Below, piece by piece: positions 30,563 to 40,507 of a stretch of DNA of 64,000 bases. The notes under the pieces are model-generated. The model made no database searches. It worked only from the letters and a program-made list of their open reading frames with translations, and had not been told where the DNA came from. Position 1 is the first letter of the stretch; the number at the start of each line of letters is the position of its first letter. The DNA is taken from NCBI GenBank assembly GCA_009692265.1, contig SHZM01000009.1, positions 1 to 64,000 on the forward strand. Reading direction: 5' to 3'. The translations under genes were made by a program, and so were the position numbers. Source of the DNA: Gammaproteobacteria bacterium. GTDB lineage: Bacteria; Pseudomonadota; Gammaproteobacteria; Ga0077536.

Positions 30563-33500
30563 TCACTGCTCCGCAGCCGCGCGCGGCACCCGAAACCACG
30601 CGGCATACAGCGCCGGCAGGAACAGGAGGGTCAGTACCGTGGCGGCGATCAGTCCACCCATGATCGCGACGGCCATCGGGCCGAAGAAGACGCTGCCGGA
30701 CAATGGGATCATCGCGAGCACGGCCGCGAGCGAGGTTAACACGATTGGCCTGAAGCGGCGCACGGTCGCTTCGACGACGGCGTCGAACGGTGCGCGTCCC
30801 TGCGCAAGATCCTGGCGGATCTGATCGATGAGAATGACGCTGTTGCGCATGATCATGCCGAACAGTGCAATCGTGCCAAGCATCGCGATAAAGCCGAACG
30901 GCTGGCGGAACAGTAGCAGGAAGACGGCCACGCCGATGATGCCAAGGGGGGCGGTGAGAAACACCATCGCGGTTTGCGAGAAACTCTTCAGTTGCACCAT
31001 CAGTACGGTTAACACCACCAGAATCAAAAATGGCATGCCGGCCATCACGCTCGCTTGGGCTTTGCCCGAGTCGGCGACCGTGCCGCCGAGTTCGATGCGA
31101 TAGCCGCGCGGTAACGCGGCTTCGATCCGCGCCAGCGCCGGCGCCAGCATGGCGACGACTTCCGGCGGTTGCATGCCGGAATAGATGTCCGCGCGAACGG
31201 TGATCGTCGGGACGTGGTTGCGTCGCCATAGAATGCCGTCTTCGAAGCGGTACTCGAGCTTGGCAACCTGCGCCAACGTGATATTGGTGCCGCTCGCGGT
31301 CGGGATCGCGAGACTGCCCAGCAGTTCGATTCGTTGGCGCTCGTGTGGCGGGCCACGCAGCACGATGTCGATCAGTTCATTGTCTTCGCGAAAAGTCGTC
31401 GGCATTACGCCATTGGTCGCCGCGGCCACTGCCATTGCGACCATTTGCGAGCTTACGCCAAGGCTGCGCGCGCGATCCTGATCGAGCACAATGCGCAGCA
31501 CCTTTGACTGCTCGGCGGTATCAAGGTGAATGCCGGCCGCATGGGGATTGTCACGCAGGGCCGCAGCTACCTTCTCGGCTTCGAGGCGGATGCCGTCGCG
31601 GTCTGGACCGGACACGCGGTACTGCAATACATAACCCACCGGCGGTCCGTTCTCGATCCGATTGACCCGCCAGCGCAGGTCCGGGAACGTGGTTGGAAAC
31701 AGTGCGATGAGATGCGCGCGCACCTGCTCGCGCGCGACGAAATCACGCGTGTTGATCACGAATTGCGCGAAACTCTGGGCGGGGAGTTGTTGGTCGAGCG
31801 GCAGGATGAAGCGTGGCGCGCCGCTGCCGATGTAGGCGGCATAACTGTCGACGCCTTCTAGTTTGGCCAGAATCTCTTCCAGCCGCGCGGCGGCCAGGTC
31901 GGTCTGCGCGATTGAGGCACCTTCCGGGAGCTTCAAATCGACCAGCAGTTCGAGCCTGACCGAGTCCGGAAAGAATTGCTGCGGTACTTTACTGAACAGC
32001 ACCAAGCTCGCCGCGAACACCGCTGCCGTGGTCACGATCGTCAGCCACCGATACCTTACGCAGAACTGCACGAGCGCGCGAAAGCGGTTATAGAAAGACG
32101 TGTGATAGACCGCGTGTTCATCATGCGCGACGCCGTCCGAGGACAAGCCCTTCTCAGGCAGGAGCGCATAGCCGAGCAGCGGCACGAACACCACCGCCGC
32201 GACCCAGGACAGTAGCAGGGCAATAACGGTCACTTGAAAGATCGCGACGGTGTATTCGCCGACCATGCTTTTAGCGATCACGATCGGCAGGAAACCAGCC
32301 GCGGTGATGAGGGTGCCGGACAGCATCGGAAAGGCTGTCGAGGTGTAGGCAAAACTGGCGGCTTGAAAGCGATCGAAGCCCTCTTCGAGCTTCACCGCCA
32401 TCATCTCCACGGCAATGATGGCGTCGTCGACCAACAGCCCGAGCGCAATCACGAGCGCCCCGAGTGAAGTTTTGTGCAAGCCGATATGCAAGTAATGCAT
32501 CGCCGCGAAAGTCATGGCCAGCACCAGCGGAATGGACAGCGCGACGACCAGACCGGTGCGCACACCGAGTGAAAGAAAACACACCAGCAACACGATGACC
32601 ACGGCTGCCGCCAGCGCCATCACGAACTCAGTAACCGAATCACGCACCGCGAGTGGCTGGTCGGCCAGGCGCGCCAAGCTCATGCCGAGTGGCACATCCT
32701 GATTCAGGCGTTCGAACTCGAGGTCGAGACGCTGGCCAAGCTGGATGATGTCGCCGCCCTTCTCCATCGACACCGCAATGCCGATCGCAGGTTGCCCATT
32801 GAAACGCAGACGCGGCGCCGGCGGATCCTGATAGCCGCGATAGACAGTGGCAATGTCGCCAAGCCGGAACGTGCGGCCGGCATATTCGATCGGCAGGTTT
32901 TCCACGTCCTCGACCGTGGTGAAGCTGCCCGAGACGCGCGCGTAAATCTTGTCGGTGCTGGTGTCGAAGGAGCCCGCAGTGACGATGCCGTTTTGCTCAG
33001 CGAGAACGTCCATGAGCACCTGCGCGGGGATGCCAAGCTCGGCGCGCCGCGTATTGGCGATGTCGACGAAAATTCTTTCTTCCTGCAGACCGATGAAATT
33101 GACCTTGGCGACATCGGCAATCCGGAGCAGGCGGTCGCGCACGCGCTCGGCGTATTCCTTGAGCTCGGCATAGCTGAAATCCGCGCCTTGCAGCGCGTAA
33201 ATATTGCCGAAGGTATCGGCGAACTCGTCATTGAACGAGGGGCCGATGACACCCGCGGGCAGCGTGTGCCGGATGTCAGAGACTTTTTTGCGTGCCTGGT
33301 AGTAGTTCTCCGGCATCGCGGCGGCCGGTCCATCCTCGCGAAAGATGATAAAAATCTGGGATTCGCCTGGACGCGAGTAGGAGCGCAGGTAGTCGAGCGC
33401 ATTGAGTTCCTGCAGCTTTTCCTCAATTTTTTCGGTAACCAAGCGGTCGACTTCATCGGCCGTCGCGCCTGGCCAGAGCGTGCGCACTACCATGATTCGA

Positions 33501-33634
33501 AAAGTGAAAGGCGGATCCTCGGACTGGCCGAGGTGAAAATAGGCCCACACGCCACTCAAGCCCAACAGCAACATGAAATAGCTTACAAGCGCCCGATTAG
33601 CGAGCGCCCAAGCACTCAGGTTGAAGCGTGACAT
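30563..33634 (-). CDS. multidrug efflux RND permease (AcrB/HAE1 family)
   Basis: 1023 aa with 12 predicted transmembrane segments and two large periplasmic loops; the N-terminus is AcrB-like. Confidence 0.85.
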   Translation of the reverse strand: MSRFNLSAWALANRALVSYFMLLLGLSGVWAYFHLGQSEDPPFTFRIMVVRTLWPGATADEVDRLVTEKIEEKLQELNALDYLRSYSRPGESQIFIIFREDGPAAAMPENYYQARKKVSDIRHTLPAGVIGPSFNDEFADTFGNIYALQGADFSYAELKEYAERVRDRLLRIADVAKVNFIGLQEERIFVDIANTRRAELGIPAQVLMDVLAEQNGIVTAGSFDTSTDKIYARVSGSFTTVEDVENLPIEYAGRTFRLGDIATVYRGYQDPPAPRLRFNGQPAIGIAVSMEKGGDIIQLGQRLDLEFERLNQDVPLGMSLARLADQPLAVRDSVTEFVMALAAAVVIVLLVCFLSLGVRTGLVVALSIPLVLAMTFAAMHYLHIGLHKTSLGALVIALGLLVDDAIIAVEMMAVKLEEGFDRFQAASFAYTSTAFPMLSGTLITAAGFLPIVIAKSMVGEYTVAIFQVTVIALLLSWVAAVVFVPLLGYALLPEKGLSSDGVAHDEHAVYHTSFYNRFRALVQFCVRYRWLTIVTTAAVFAASLVLFSKVPQQFFPDSVRLELLVDLKLPEGASIAQTDLAAARLEEILAKLEGVDSYAAYIGSGAPRFILPLDQQLPAQSFAQFVINTRDFVAREQVRAHLIALFPTTFPDLRWRVNRIENGPPVGYVLQYRVSGPDRDGIRLEAEKVAAALRDNPHAAGIHLDTAEQSKVLRIVLDQDRARSLGVSSQMVAMAVAAATNGVMPTTFREDNELIDIVLRGPPHERQRIELLGSLAIPTASGTNITLAQVAKLEYRFEDGILWRRNHVPTITVRADIYSGMQPPEVVAMLAPALARIEAALPRGYRIELGGTVADSGKAQASVMAGMPFLILVVLTVLMVQLKSFSQTAMVFLTAPLGIIGVAVFLLLFRQPFGFIAMLGTIALFGMIMRNSVILIDQIRQDLAQGRAPFDAVVEATVRRFRPIVLTSLAAVLAMIPLSGSVFFGPMAVAIMGGLIAATVLTLLFLPALYAAWFRVPRAAAEQ

Positions 33635-33645
33635 CGCACCAAGGT

Positions 33646-34744
33646 CTACAAAGCCACTTTGGCGGAACGTTCGATTGTCTGCACCGCCATGCCGGCGACC
33701 AGGCGGTGCACACCCGCACTGACCACGCGGTCGTCTACGCTAAGCGGACCGCTGACCAACACCGCGTCATCGAAATAGCGCAACACTTCGACCGCAACCG
33801 CTTCGACTGTTTCGCCCTCGGCCCCGCGCACAATTCGCCACACGGTGGGGCGTTCCGGACCGAGGCTGCCAACAGCGGAGGCGGGGAGTCGAAAGCTATC
33901 CCGACTCGCGGCCGCACTAACGATGACCGAGGCGGTGGCGCCGAGCTCGACGTGTTCGTCGGGCGCGAGGAGGGTAATACGTGCGCGATGCGTGCGGGTG
34001 GCGCGATCGGCTTGCGGATCGAGATCGCGGATCTTTCCTTGATAACGCTGCCCTGGGTTGCTCAAGAGTTCAACTTCAAGCCGTTCGGCCTGGCGCAGCA
34101 AGTCGAGGTGTCCTTCCGGCACGCTGACATGCACCTCGCGCTCGCCGTCAGCCGCGAAGCGCACGACCGGTTGCCCGGCGGTGACGACGTTGCCCGGCTC
34201 GGCCAGGATCTGAGTCACCACGCCTGCCGCATCGGCGGTTAGAGAAGTGTAATGCGATTGGTTGTCGGCTAGGCTGTACGCCGCCTGCGTCTGGTCGCGG
34301 CGAGCCTGTGCCAGGCGCGTCGTGTTCATCCGCAGATCGAGCGGCGATTGTCCGACGAAGCCACCTGCGCGCAATTCTCGATAGCGCTGCTCCTCAGCCC
34401 GGGCTAGACCCAAATCTGCCTCGGCGGCAGCCACCGTGGCGCGGGCCGCGGCGAGGTTCAAACGCGCGTCCTCGGGATCGAGCACCGCGAGCACGGTGCC
34501 GGGCTCGACATGCGCGCCCATGTCGACGTGGCGCGCGGCGATTTTGCCGGCTATGCGGAACGCAAGATCAACTTCAACTCGTGCGTGAATCGATCCCGGC
34601 AGGATTTGCACATCGCTAAGCCCTGATAACGCCTGTGGTGCTTCGACAACGACCGGGCGTGGGCGCGGCACTGGCGACTCCGAGTGGGTGCAGGCGGTCA
34701 GCACGAAAAGCGCGGCGAGTGCGAGGCGGTGGCGATGCCGATAG
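33646..34744 (-). CDS. efflux RND periplasmic adaptor lipoprotein (start codon unresolved)
   Basis: Lipobox LAALFVLTAC followed by a membrane-fusion-protein fold. The ORF-track N-terminal extension (to 35058) runs through the MITE-like element and is not real. No canonical start was found just upstream of the lipobox. Confidence 0.6.
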
Positions 34745-34915
34745 CACGACTGGTTTGTTCTCGGAAATTTTGCGAGAAGTTTCGACGACCGTGCTGCGTG
34801 GTTGTTTCCGCCCGTTGAAAAAGGGGGGGTGGGGATTCGCGGTGCGCCGTATAGGATAGGTCCCCCTCGGTCCCCCGTTTTCAAAGGGGCAAGATGTCGA
34901 GAATAAATTTGCCCT
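34745..34915 (-). repeat. MITE-like repeat element, copy B (inverted relative to copy A)
   Basis: Reverse complement matches 9888..10052 over nearly the full length. It is flanked by a perfect 11-bp direct repeat gatgccgatag (34734-34744 and 34916-34926), and has terminal inverted repeats tttgttctcg and cgagaataaa. Confidence 0.75.
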
Positions 34916-35017
34916 GATGCCGATAGGGCATGGCCTTCTTCAATCCGAATAGGAACGGTATGGTAATGGAATTCGGCGACGAATAGCCAAACCCGACCGC
35001 GCGCCGAGATACGTGTT

Positions 35018-35962
35018 TTACGCCGCCCTAAAATCCCGCACTGGGCCTTTCGGCACAATCCGCGACGGGTTAATACTTTCGTGACTGCGGTAGTAATGGC
35101 CCTTGATGTGCTCGAAATTCACGGTCTCGGCGACGCCGGGTACGGCATACAATTCGCGCGTATAACGGGCGAGGTTCGGATAATCGATGATCCGTTTCAG
35201 ATTGCATTTGAAATGCCCGTGATACACGGCGTCGAAGCGGACTAACGTGGGGAACAGACGCCAATCGGCTTCGGTGATGTCGGAACCGCATAAATACTTC
35301 GTTGCGCCGAGTTGCGCTTCGATCGCATCCAAGGTGGCGAATACTTCGGCGACGGCTTCGTCATATTTATCTTGCGCGCTCGCAAACCCCGCGCGATATA
35401 CGCCGTTGTTGAAGGTGTGGTAGATGCGTTCATTCCAGGTATCGATATTCGGGCGGAGGGCGAGGGGATAGAGATCGCTAATTGTTTTAGTCGAGATCGC
35501 ATCGAATTCGGTATTCAGCATGCGGATCAATTCGGAGGATTCGTTGTTGACGATGGTCCCCGTCACTTTATCCCAGAGCACCGGCACCGTGACTCGACCC
35601 GTGTAACCTGGGTTCGCATGCTGGTAAATCTCATAGAGATGTGCCGCGCCATGGATCGGATCCGCGATACAACCGGGTTCCTCCGCGAACGACCAGCCCT
35701 TAGTGCCCATGAACAAGCTGACAACCGACAGCGAGATCGCGTGCTCCAACCCCTTCAGGGCGCGATAGATGAGTACGCGATGCGCCCAGGGACAGGCTAA
35801 CGAGACATACAGGTGGTAGCGATTGGCGAGGGCTGGGAAGCCAGAACTGCCATCGGCGGTGATGCGATCCCGAAAGGCGGTTTCAGTGCGCACAAACGCC
35901 CCGCCGGCCGCCTTGGTGTCATACCATACGTCGTGCCAAACGCCGTCTACTAACATGCCCAT
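35018..35962 (-). CDS. yqjG: glutathionyl-hydroquinone reductase (Xi-class GST, YqjG/PcpF family)
   Basis: 314 aa with the active-site CPWAHR motif and a GST C-terminal domain. Confidence 0.75.
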   Translation of the reverse strand: MGMLVDGVWHDVWYDTKAAGGAFVRTETAFRDRITADGSSGFPALANRYHLYVSLACPWAHRVLIYRALKGLEHAISLSVVSLFMGTKGWSFAEEPGCIADPIHGAAHLYEIYQHANPGYTGRVTVPVLWDKVTGTIVNNESSELIRMLNTEFDAISTKTISDLYPLALRPNIDTWNERIYHTFNNGVYRAGFASAQDKYDEAVAEVFATLDAIEAQLGATKYLCGSDITEADWRLFPTLVRFDAVYHGHFKCNLKRIIDYPNLARYTRELYAVPGVAETVNFEHIKGHYYRSHESINPSRIVPKGPVRDFRAA

Positions 35963-37599
35963 TAGCGTGCTCCCGTAGCGTTGCCGCTAGCTTGAATTAG
36001 AATTCTTGCACAGTCGCTCGGCAAGGTATCTCCCCGCCACGCGATATGCTGATCGGGGCGGACCAGCAATATATCGCGCTCGAAGATTTCGCGCAGCCCG
36101 GCTTGCGCAATCCGTAAAACTTTTAAGGGGATACGCAATCTCGCCGCCGCTTCTTCGAATCCGTGCGCATCTAGATCTGCAAACATAATCAACGTGAAAT
36201 AAAGCCCCAGCTTGTCGTGAATCGAGATCCCATCGTTTAGGTACACATGCGGGAGCCGGGCACCCGGCCAAGTCGACGGGCGGTAAGTGATTGGGTCGAT
36301 TGGCGGGGGATTCGGCTCCGACGCGATAATTGGAGAAAGATCGTAGCGATAACCATGCTCGACACCCCACGATTCGTTTTCGATGTTGCCGAGTTCCGCG
36401 ATCTTGCGCCCCAGCGCTGCGCGGCGCGCGCGAGCGGATGAATCGTCTCCGTGCAAATCACCGGCTTCCGAATACGCCTGATCGATCGCGATGCGCACGC
36501 CGACATGGCGAGACGAGGCGGTGAGGTGAAACCACGCCGTCGGTTTGCGTTCCGCTTCGAAAGCCTCGATTAAACTCGGACCGCCCCAGCCTTGGAGCAA
36601 CGCCGCGAGTTTCCACGCTAGATCGGCCGCGTCGGCCATGCCGGAATTCATGCCGTAACCGCCGGTTGGGACGAATTGATGTGCCGCGTCGCCGGCCAGG
36701 ATCAAGCGTCCGCGCTGAAAGCGCTCGGCGACGACAAAATGCGCGTCCCACGGATTCGCCTGTAGGATCTCATACTCAAACTTTCGCCCAGCCCATTCTT
36801 CAAGCAATGCGCGAGGATCAATCGCGCTTAAGTCGCTTCCGGGCGGGCGGATGCATTGCAAGGTCCAAATATCGTGGTCGTTCTGTGCAATCATCGTTCC
36901 GAACGACGATTGATAGTGCCAGGTGGTACCCCAGCGCTGAAGCAAATCGCGCGCGTCAGATCGGAAATGCACCATGTAAGCAGTGGCGACACTTTCACTG
37001 CCTTCTAAATCGATTCCGAGCTGTCGCCGGACCCGACTTCCGCCGCCGTCACAACCCGCGAGATAGCCGCATCGAATCGTCTGTAGCCGATCGCTTTTGA
37101 CGTCGCGGATCTCTGCCACTACGGAGCTGGGATCCTGACTCACGATGCGTTCAAACGAGGTACCGAAGCGCACATCGATCAACGGATTCGCGTCAATCGC
37201 TGTCTTTAACACGGGCTCGATCACGATCTGACTCACCCGCATTCCCGCTTCTTGTGTAAACGATCCATCGTTGATCGCGCGGATTTGCCCCTGTCGCTCG
37301 CGGGACGAGGGATACTTGAAGCGATGCAGTTCGTGTTGCGCGAGCGAGGTAATCCACGCGATATCGAAGCAATTGTCCTCTGGTACCCCGACCGCGCGGA
37401 GACTTTCGATAAGGCCAAGGCGCCGAAATAATTCCATGCTGCGCCCATTGGTTAAATCCATCTTCGGCGCACTGGTGGTCGTGGTGTTGCGTTCGACCAG
37501 CAAGGATTTAATGCCGTAGCGGGCAAGGTTCAGGGCGAGGGTCATCCCAACGGGGCCGCCGCCAGCGATTAGGACAGGAGTGTCGCGATTATTTGCCAT
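35962..37599 (-). CDS. FAD-dependent aromatic-ring monooxygenase (PHBH/PcpB-like)
   Basis: N-terminal VLIAGGGPVGMTLALNLARYG dinucleotide-binding motif, a DG motif and the GDAAH motif (LAGDAAHQFVPTGGYGMNSG). The start overlaps the GST gene stop. Confidence 0.8.
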   Translation of the reverse strand: MANNRDTPVLIAGGGPVGMTLALNLARYGIKSLLVERNTTTTSAPKMDLTNGRSMELFRRLGLIESLRAVGVPEDNCFDIAWITSLAQHELHRFKYPSSRERQGQIRAINDGSFTQEAGMRVSQIVIEPVLKTAIDANPLIDVRFGTSFERIVSQDPSSVVAEIRDVKSDRLQTIRCGYLAGCDGGGSRVRRQLGIDLEGSESVATAYMVHFRSDARDLLQRWGTTWHYQSSFGTMIAQNDHDIWTLQCIRPPGSDLSAIDPRALLEEWAGRKFEYEILQANPWDAHFVVAERFQRGRLILAGDAAHQFVPTGGYGMNSGMADAADLAWKLAALLQGWGGPSLIEAFEAERKPTAWFHLTASSRHVGVRIAIDQAYSEAGDLHGDDSSARARRAALGRKIAELGNIENESWGVEHGYRYDLSPIIASEPNPPPIDPITYRPSTWPGARLPHVYLNDGISIHDKLGLYFTLIMFADLDAHGFEEAAARLRIPLKVLRIAQAGLREIFERDILLVRPDQHIAWRGDTLPSDCARILIQASGNATGAR

Positions 37600-37660
37600 A
37601 TCGAAAGTATTTCGTCCGTGGAGGGAGAATTTGGCGAGAACAGTACCCTAGACAACCAAC

Positions 37661-39070
37661 TCACTGCGTGAATTTAAGCGCGGTAGCGCATCCGGAATAA
37701 CCGGGCTGATCGATCAGCACTTGATTTAAGACCGTCGATCGCAAATGAAAAATCAACGCCGGGTCGTCCAGAATGGCTGCATCGCCGCGGATCTTGTCGA
37801 TTAAACTCCAACGCGAGGCATCGAGGTTGCCCACTGCTCCCACCAAAGTCTTTAGACGCGCGCTTTCTCGGCGGCGCGCTTCATCACCGAGAGTTAGCTC
37901 ACGCAGCGCGATATCGAGTGAGTTCGCGGCAATCCGCGCGAGGAAGGCCGTACGCTTTTCAGAATTCGCGACTACCTCATCGCGTAGAAAATCGCGCACG
38001 CTGCTCAGTAACTCATCGGTGCGAGGCAACGAATCATCCGCATCACTTTCGGCGCCCGCCACGACATCGGCGGGGCCCGGAATCAACAGGTTCACGCAAT
38101 CGATCTGACATTCCGAGGAACGCCGGCCGATCGCAGGCCGCTCCACCGTTTTATCCGGACCCACGCGAAAGTGCTCCGCCATTTTCAAACACCCCACCGC
38201 CCACCAGAATGACCCGAACACTTCCCAGAAGCGCACGTGTGCCGGATTGACTAAGTGACCCGAAACGCTTGTGTAGCCGGCAAAGAGATCGGCATAGAGT
38301 CCAAAGCCACCCACCGGAAGACTGCTGTGACCAAAGCGCCAGGAATTCGTGCACATCCACCCCAAATCGCGCATGGGATCTCCCAGGTGCGCGATCTCCC
38401 AGTCCAATACCGCGTGAACCCCGTCCCCATCGATCATTAAATTGCCGTTGCGAAAGTCGCCATGGGTCAGGGTGTAGCGCTCGACCGTCGGTAAATTCGC
38501 GAGTAGCCAGCGCGCGGTGTAGTCGATCATCGGCTGTGGGGAGTGAAAGGCGCGATAATTCGCCCAGGTCGATTCGACAAGATCGGAGGGAGTGACGGGT
38601 TGCAGGAACGAATAGAGATCGGTTTTCGCGAGATCCACGCCATGGATTCGTGCCAGGATTTCACCGCATTGGTAAGCCAGGCGTGGTCGCACTGCGGCAA
38701 GTTTTGGATCGCGCACGATCTTCGTACCCAAGGTCTCGCCCTCTAGCCACGGCATTACAAACCCTTCGCCGAGATCGTCCTCAGGTGCAAGGACAGCGAG
38801 AATTTCCGGCACGGGTACGCCCGCTGTGCGCACGCAATTAAAGAGCCGCGCTTCATTCGAAAGGCCGAGCTGGCCCGAAGTCCGTGCGATCGGCTGCCCG
38901 CCTGCTTCGCGGCGCAGTGCGAGGCGGCGCGCGCCGCGCGCGGTCTCGATATCGATCTGATAAGTCTCCTGGCTGGCGCCGCCGGAAAGACGTTCTAAAG
39001 CCGTAATCACGCGAAACTCCGGGCAGGCGCGAATGAGCACTGGCGCTAGCCGGTCGCGGAGATCGCTCAT
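37661..39070 (-). CDS. aminoglycoside-phosphotransferase-fold (APH-like) kinase with C-terminal extension
   Basis: HGDFRNGNLMID catalytic loop and a DWE motif; 469 aa. Confidence 0.7.
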   Translation of the reverse strand: MSDLRDRLAPVLIRACPEFRVITALERLSGGASQETYQIDIETARGARRLALRREAGGQPIARTSGQLGLSNEARLFNCVRTAGVPVPEILAVLAPEDDLGEGFVMPWLEGETLGTKIVRDPKLAAVRPRLAYQCGEILARIHGVDLAKTDLYSFLQPVTPSDLVESTWANYRAFHSPQPMIDYTARWLLANLPTVERYTLTHGDFRNGNLMIDGDGVHAVLDWEIAHLGDPMRDLGWMCTNSWRFGHSSLPVGGFGLYADLFAGYTSVSGHLVNPAHVRFWEVFGSFWWAVGCLKMAEHFRVGPDKTVERPAIGRRSSECQIDCVNLLIPGPADVVAGAESDADDSLPRTDELLSSVRDFLRDEVVANSEKRTAFLARIAANSLDIALRELTLGDEARRRESARLKTLVGAVGNLDASRWSLIDKIRGDAAILDDPALIFHLRSTVLNQVLIDQPGYSGCATALKFTQ

Positions 39071-39122
39071 TTCGTTCCTCTCACTTCAGTGCTCTCCCGC
39101 GTGGGCAGCACGGGCACGCCAC

Positions 39123-40394
39123 TTAGCTTTCGGCGACGCCTTTGGGTGCCCGCTGAGACATAAATCCAAAGAGGTAGCCAGCGACGCGGCGCATTTGAAT
39201 TTCTTCGGAGCCTTCGGTAATTCGATATCGTCGGTGATGCCGGTAAATATGTTCGAACGGTTTATGCCGCGAATAGCCTAGACCACCGTGAACTTGCATC
39301 GCGCGGTCAGCCGCTTCGCAGCACAGCCGATTCGCCCAGTAGTTACACATCGATACTTTGTCGGAGACAGAGAAGGCGCCGTAGGTATCCATCATCCAGG
39401 CAGTCTTGTGAATCAACGCACGCAGCATTTCGCACTGGGTCGCCAATTCCACCAACGGGAACTGAATGCCTTGATTACTCGCCAAGGTCTTACCGAAGGT
39501 TTTTCGCGACTTGGCATACGCTACCGCTTCATCGATGCAGAACTGGGCGGCACCGAGGCTCGACGCCGCCTGGCGAATACGATTCTCATTAAAGAAATGC
39601 TGCACGACTTGGAGTCCGCGCCCTTCTCCGCCGAAGATTGCGCTATCGGGCACTTCCACGTTAGTCAGCGAAATCCGGCCGTGATCGGTCGGCATGTTGA
39701 AGGTCCACAGCATTTCTTCGACCTTGAAGCCTGGCGCGGAAGTCGGCACCAGAAAGGCGGTTATGCCGGTGCCATCGCCCGCCTTGCCGCTGGTGCGCGC
39801 GAAGATCAAATCGTATTCAGCTGTGTGGATCCCGGTATTCCAGGTTTTCTCACCATTGATTCGCCAGCCGGCACCCTGGCGACTTGCGATGGTTTCCATG
39901 TGGGTGGCGTCTGATCCGTGCTGCGGCTCGGTGATCCCAAACGCGAAGCTCTTTTCTCCACGTGCGAGTGATTCGACCCACTCGGCTTTCTGCGCATCGG
40001 ATCCGTATTCCAACATCAGCAATAAGCTGATGTTGTTGCCAACGATCGCATGTTCGTTCTGGAGATCGCAGTGCAGGCCCAGACCTTTGCGAGTGAGGTG
40101 TTCGCGGATGACCGCCATGCCGAGATTAGTGCCGTCGCGTCCGCCGTAAGCCTTCGGAAACGGGTAGCGAAAATGGCCCGCCGCATCGGCGCGGCGTTTC
40201 GCCTCGGCGAGCAAAGCTTCCCAGTCGTGCCGTGGCAGGCCATCGCGTTCCCAATCCGTACGTGCGTGTTCGCGACGGTGATCGAAGAAGCGGCAATTGT
40301 CGTTGGTTGCTTCCAGCGGCTTGATTTCGCGCGCGATGAAGTCATCGAGTTCGGCGAGGTAGGCAATGAGTTCCGGCGGCAGATCAAAATTCAT
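39123..40394 (-). CDS. acyl-CoA dehydrogenase
   Basis: 423 aa with ACAD N-terminal, middle (ITEPQHGSD) and C-terminal domains; catalytic Glu region YRITEGSEEIQ. Confidence 0.85.
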   Translation of the reverse strand: MNFDLPPELIAYLAELDDFIAREIKPLEATNDNCRFFDHRREHARTDWERDGLPRHDWEALLAEAKRRADAAGHFRYPFPKAYGGRDGTNLGMAVIREHLTRKGLGLHCDLQNEHAIVGNNISLLLMLEYGSDAQKAEWVESLARGEKSFAFGITEPQHGSDATHMETIASRQGAGWRINGEKTWNTGIHTAEYDLIFARTSGKAGDGTGITAFLVPTSAPGFKVEEMLWTFNMPTDHGRISLTNVEVPDSAIFGGEGRGLQVVQHFFNENRIRQAASSLGAAQFCIDEAVAYAKSRKTFGKTLASNQGIQFPLVELATQCEMLRALIHKTAWMMDTYGAFSVSDKVSMCNYWANRLCCEAADRAMQVHGGLGYSRHKPFEHIYRHHRRYRITEGSEEIQMRRVAGYLFGFMSQRAPKGVAES

Positions 40395-40507
40395 CGGGTT
40401 AGGCTCTGGTCTGATCAGAGCGCCGAGCCTAACAGGTTCAAATGCTATTCCCTACCCATCGTCGAGTAATTGCGGACCGCGCGCTCAGAAGCAGCCGAAT
40501 GAAAAGA

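Noticed and set aside
30510-33456. Multiple ORFs of 240-280 aa antisense to or overlapping the RND permease (30510..31229, 32704..33456, 32792..33631)
   Set aside because: They are antisense to a 1023-aa AcrB-family gene, and the translations are low complexity.
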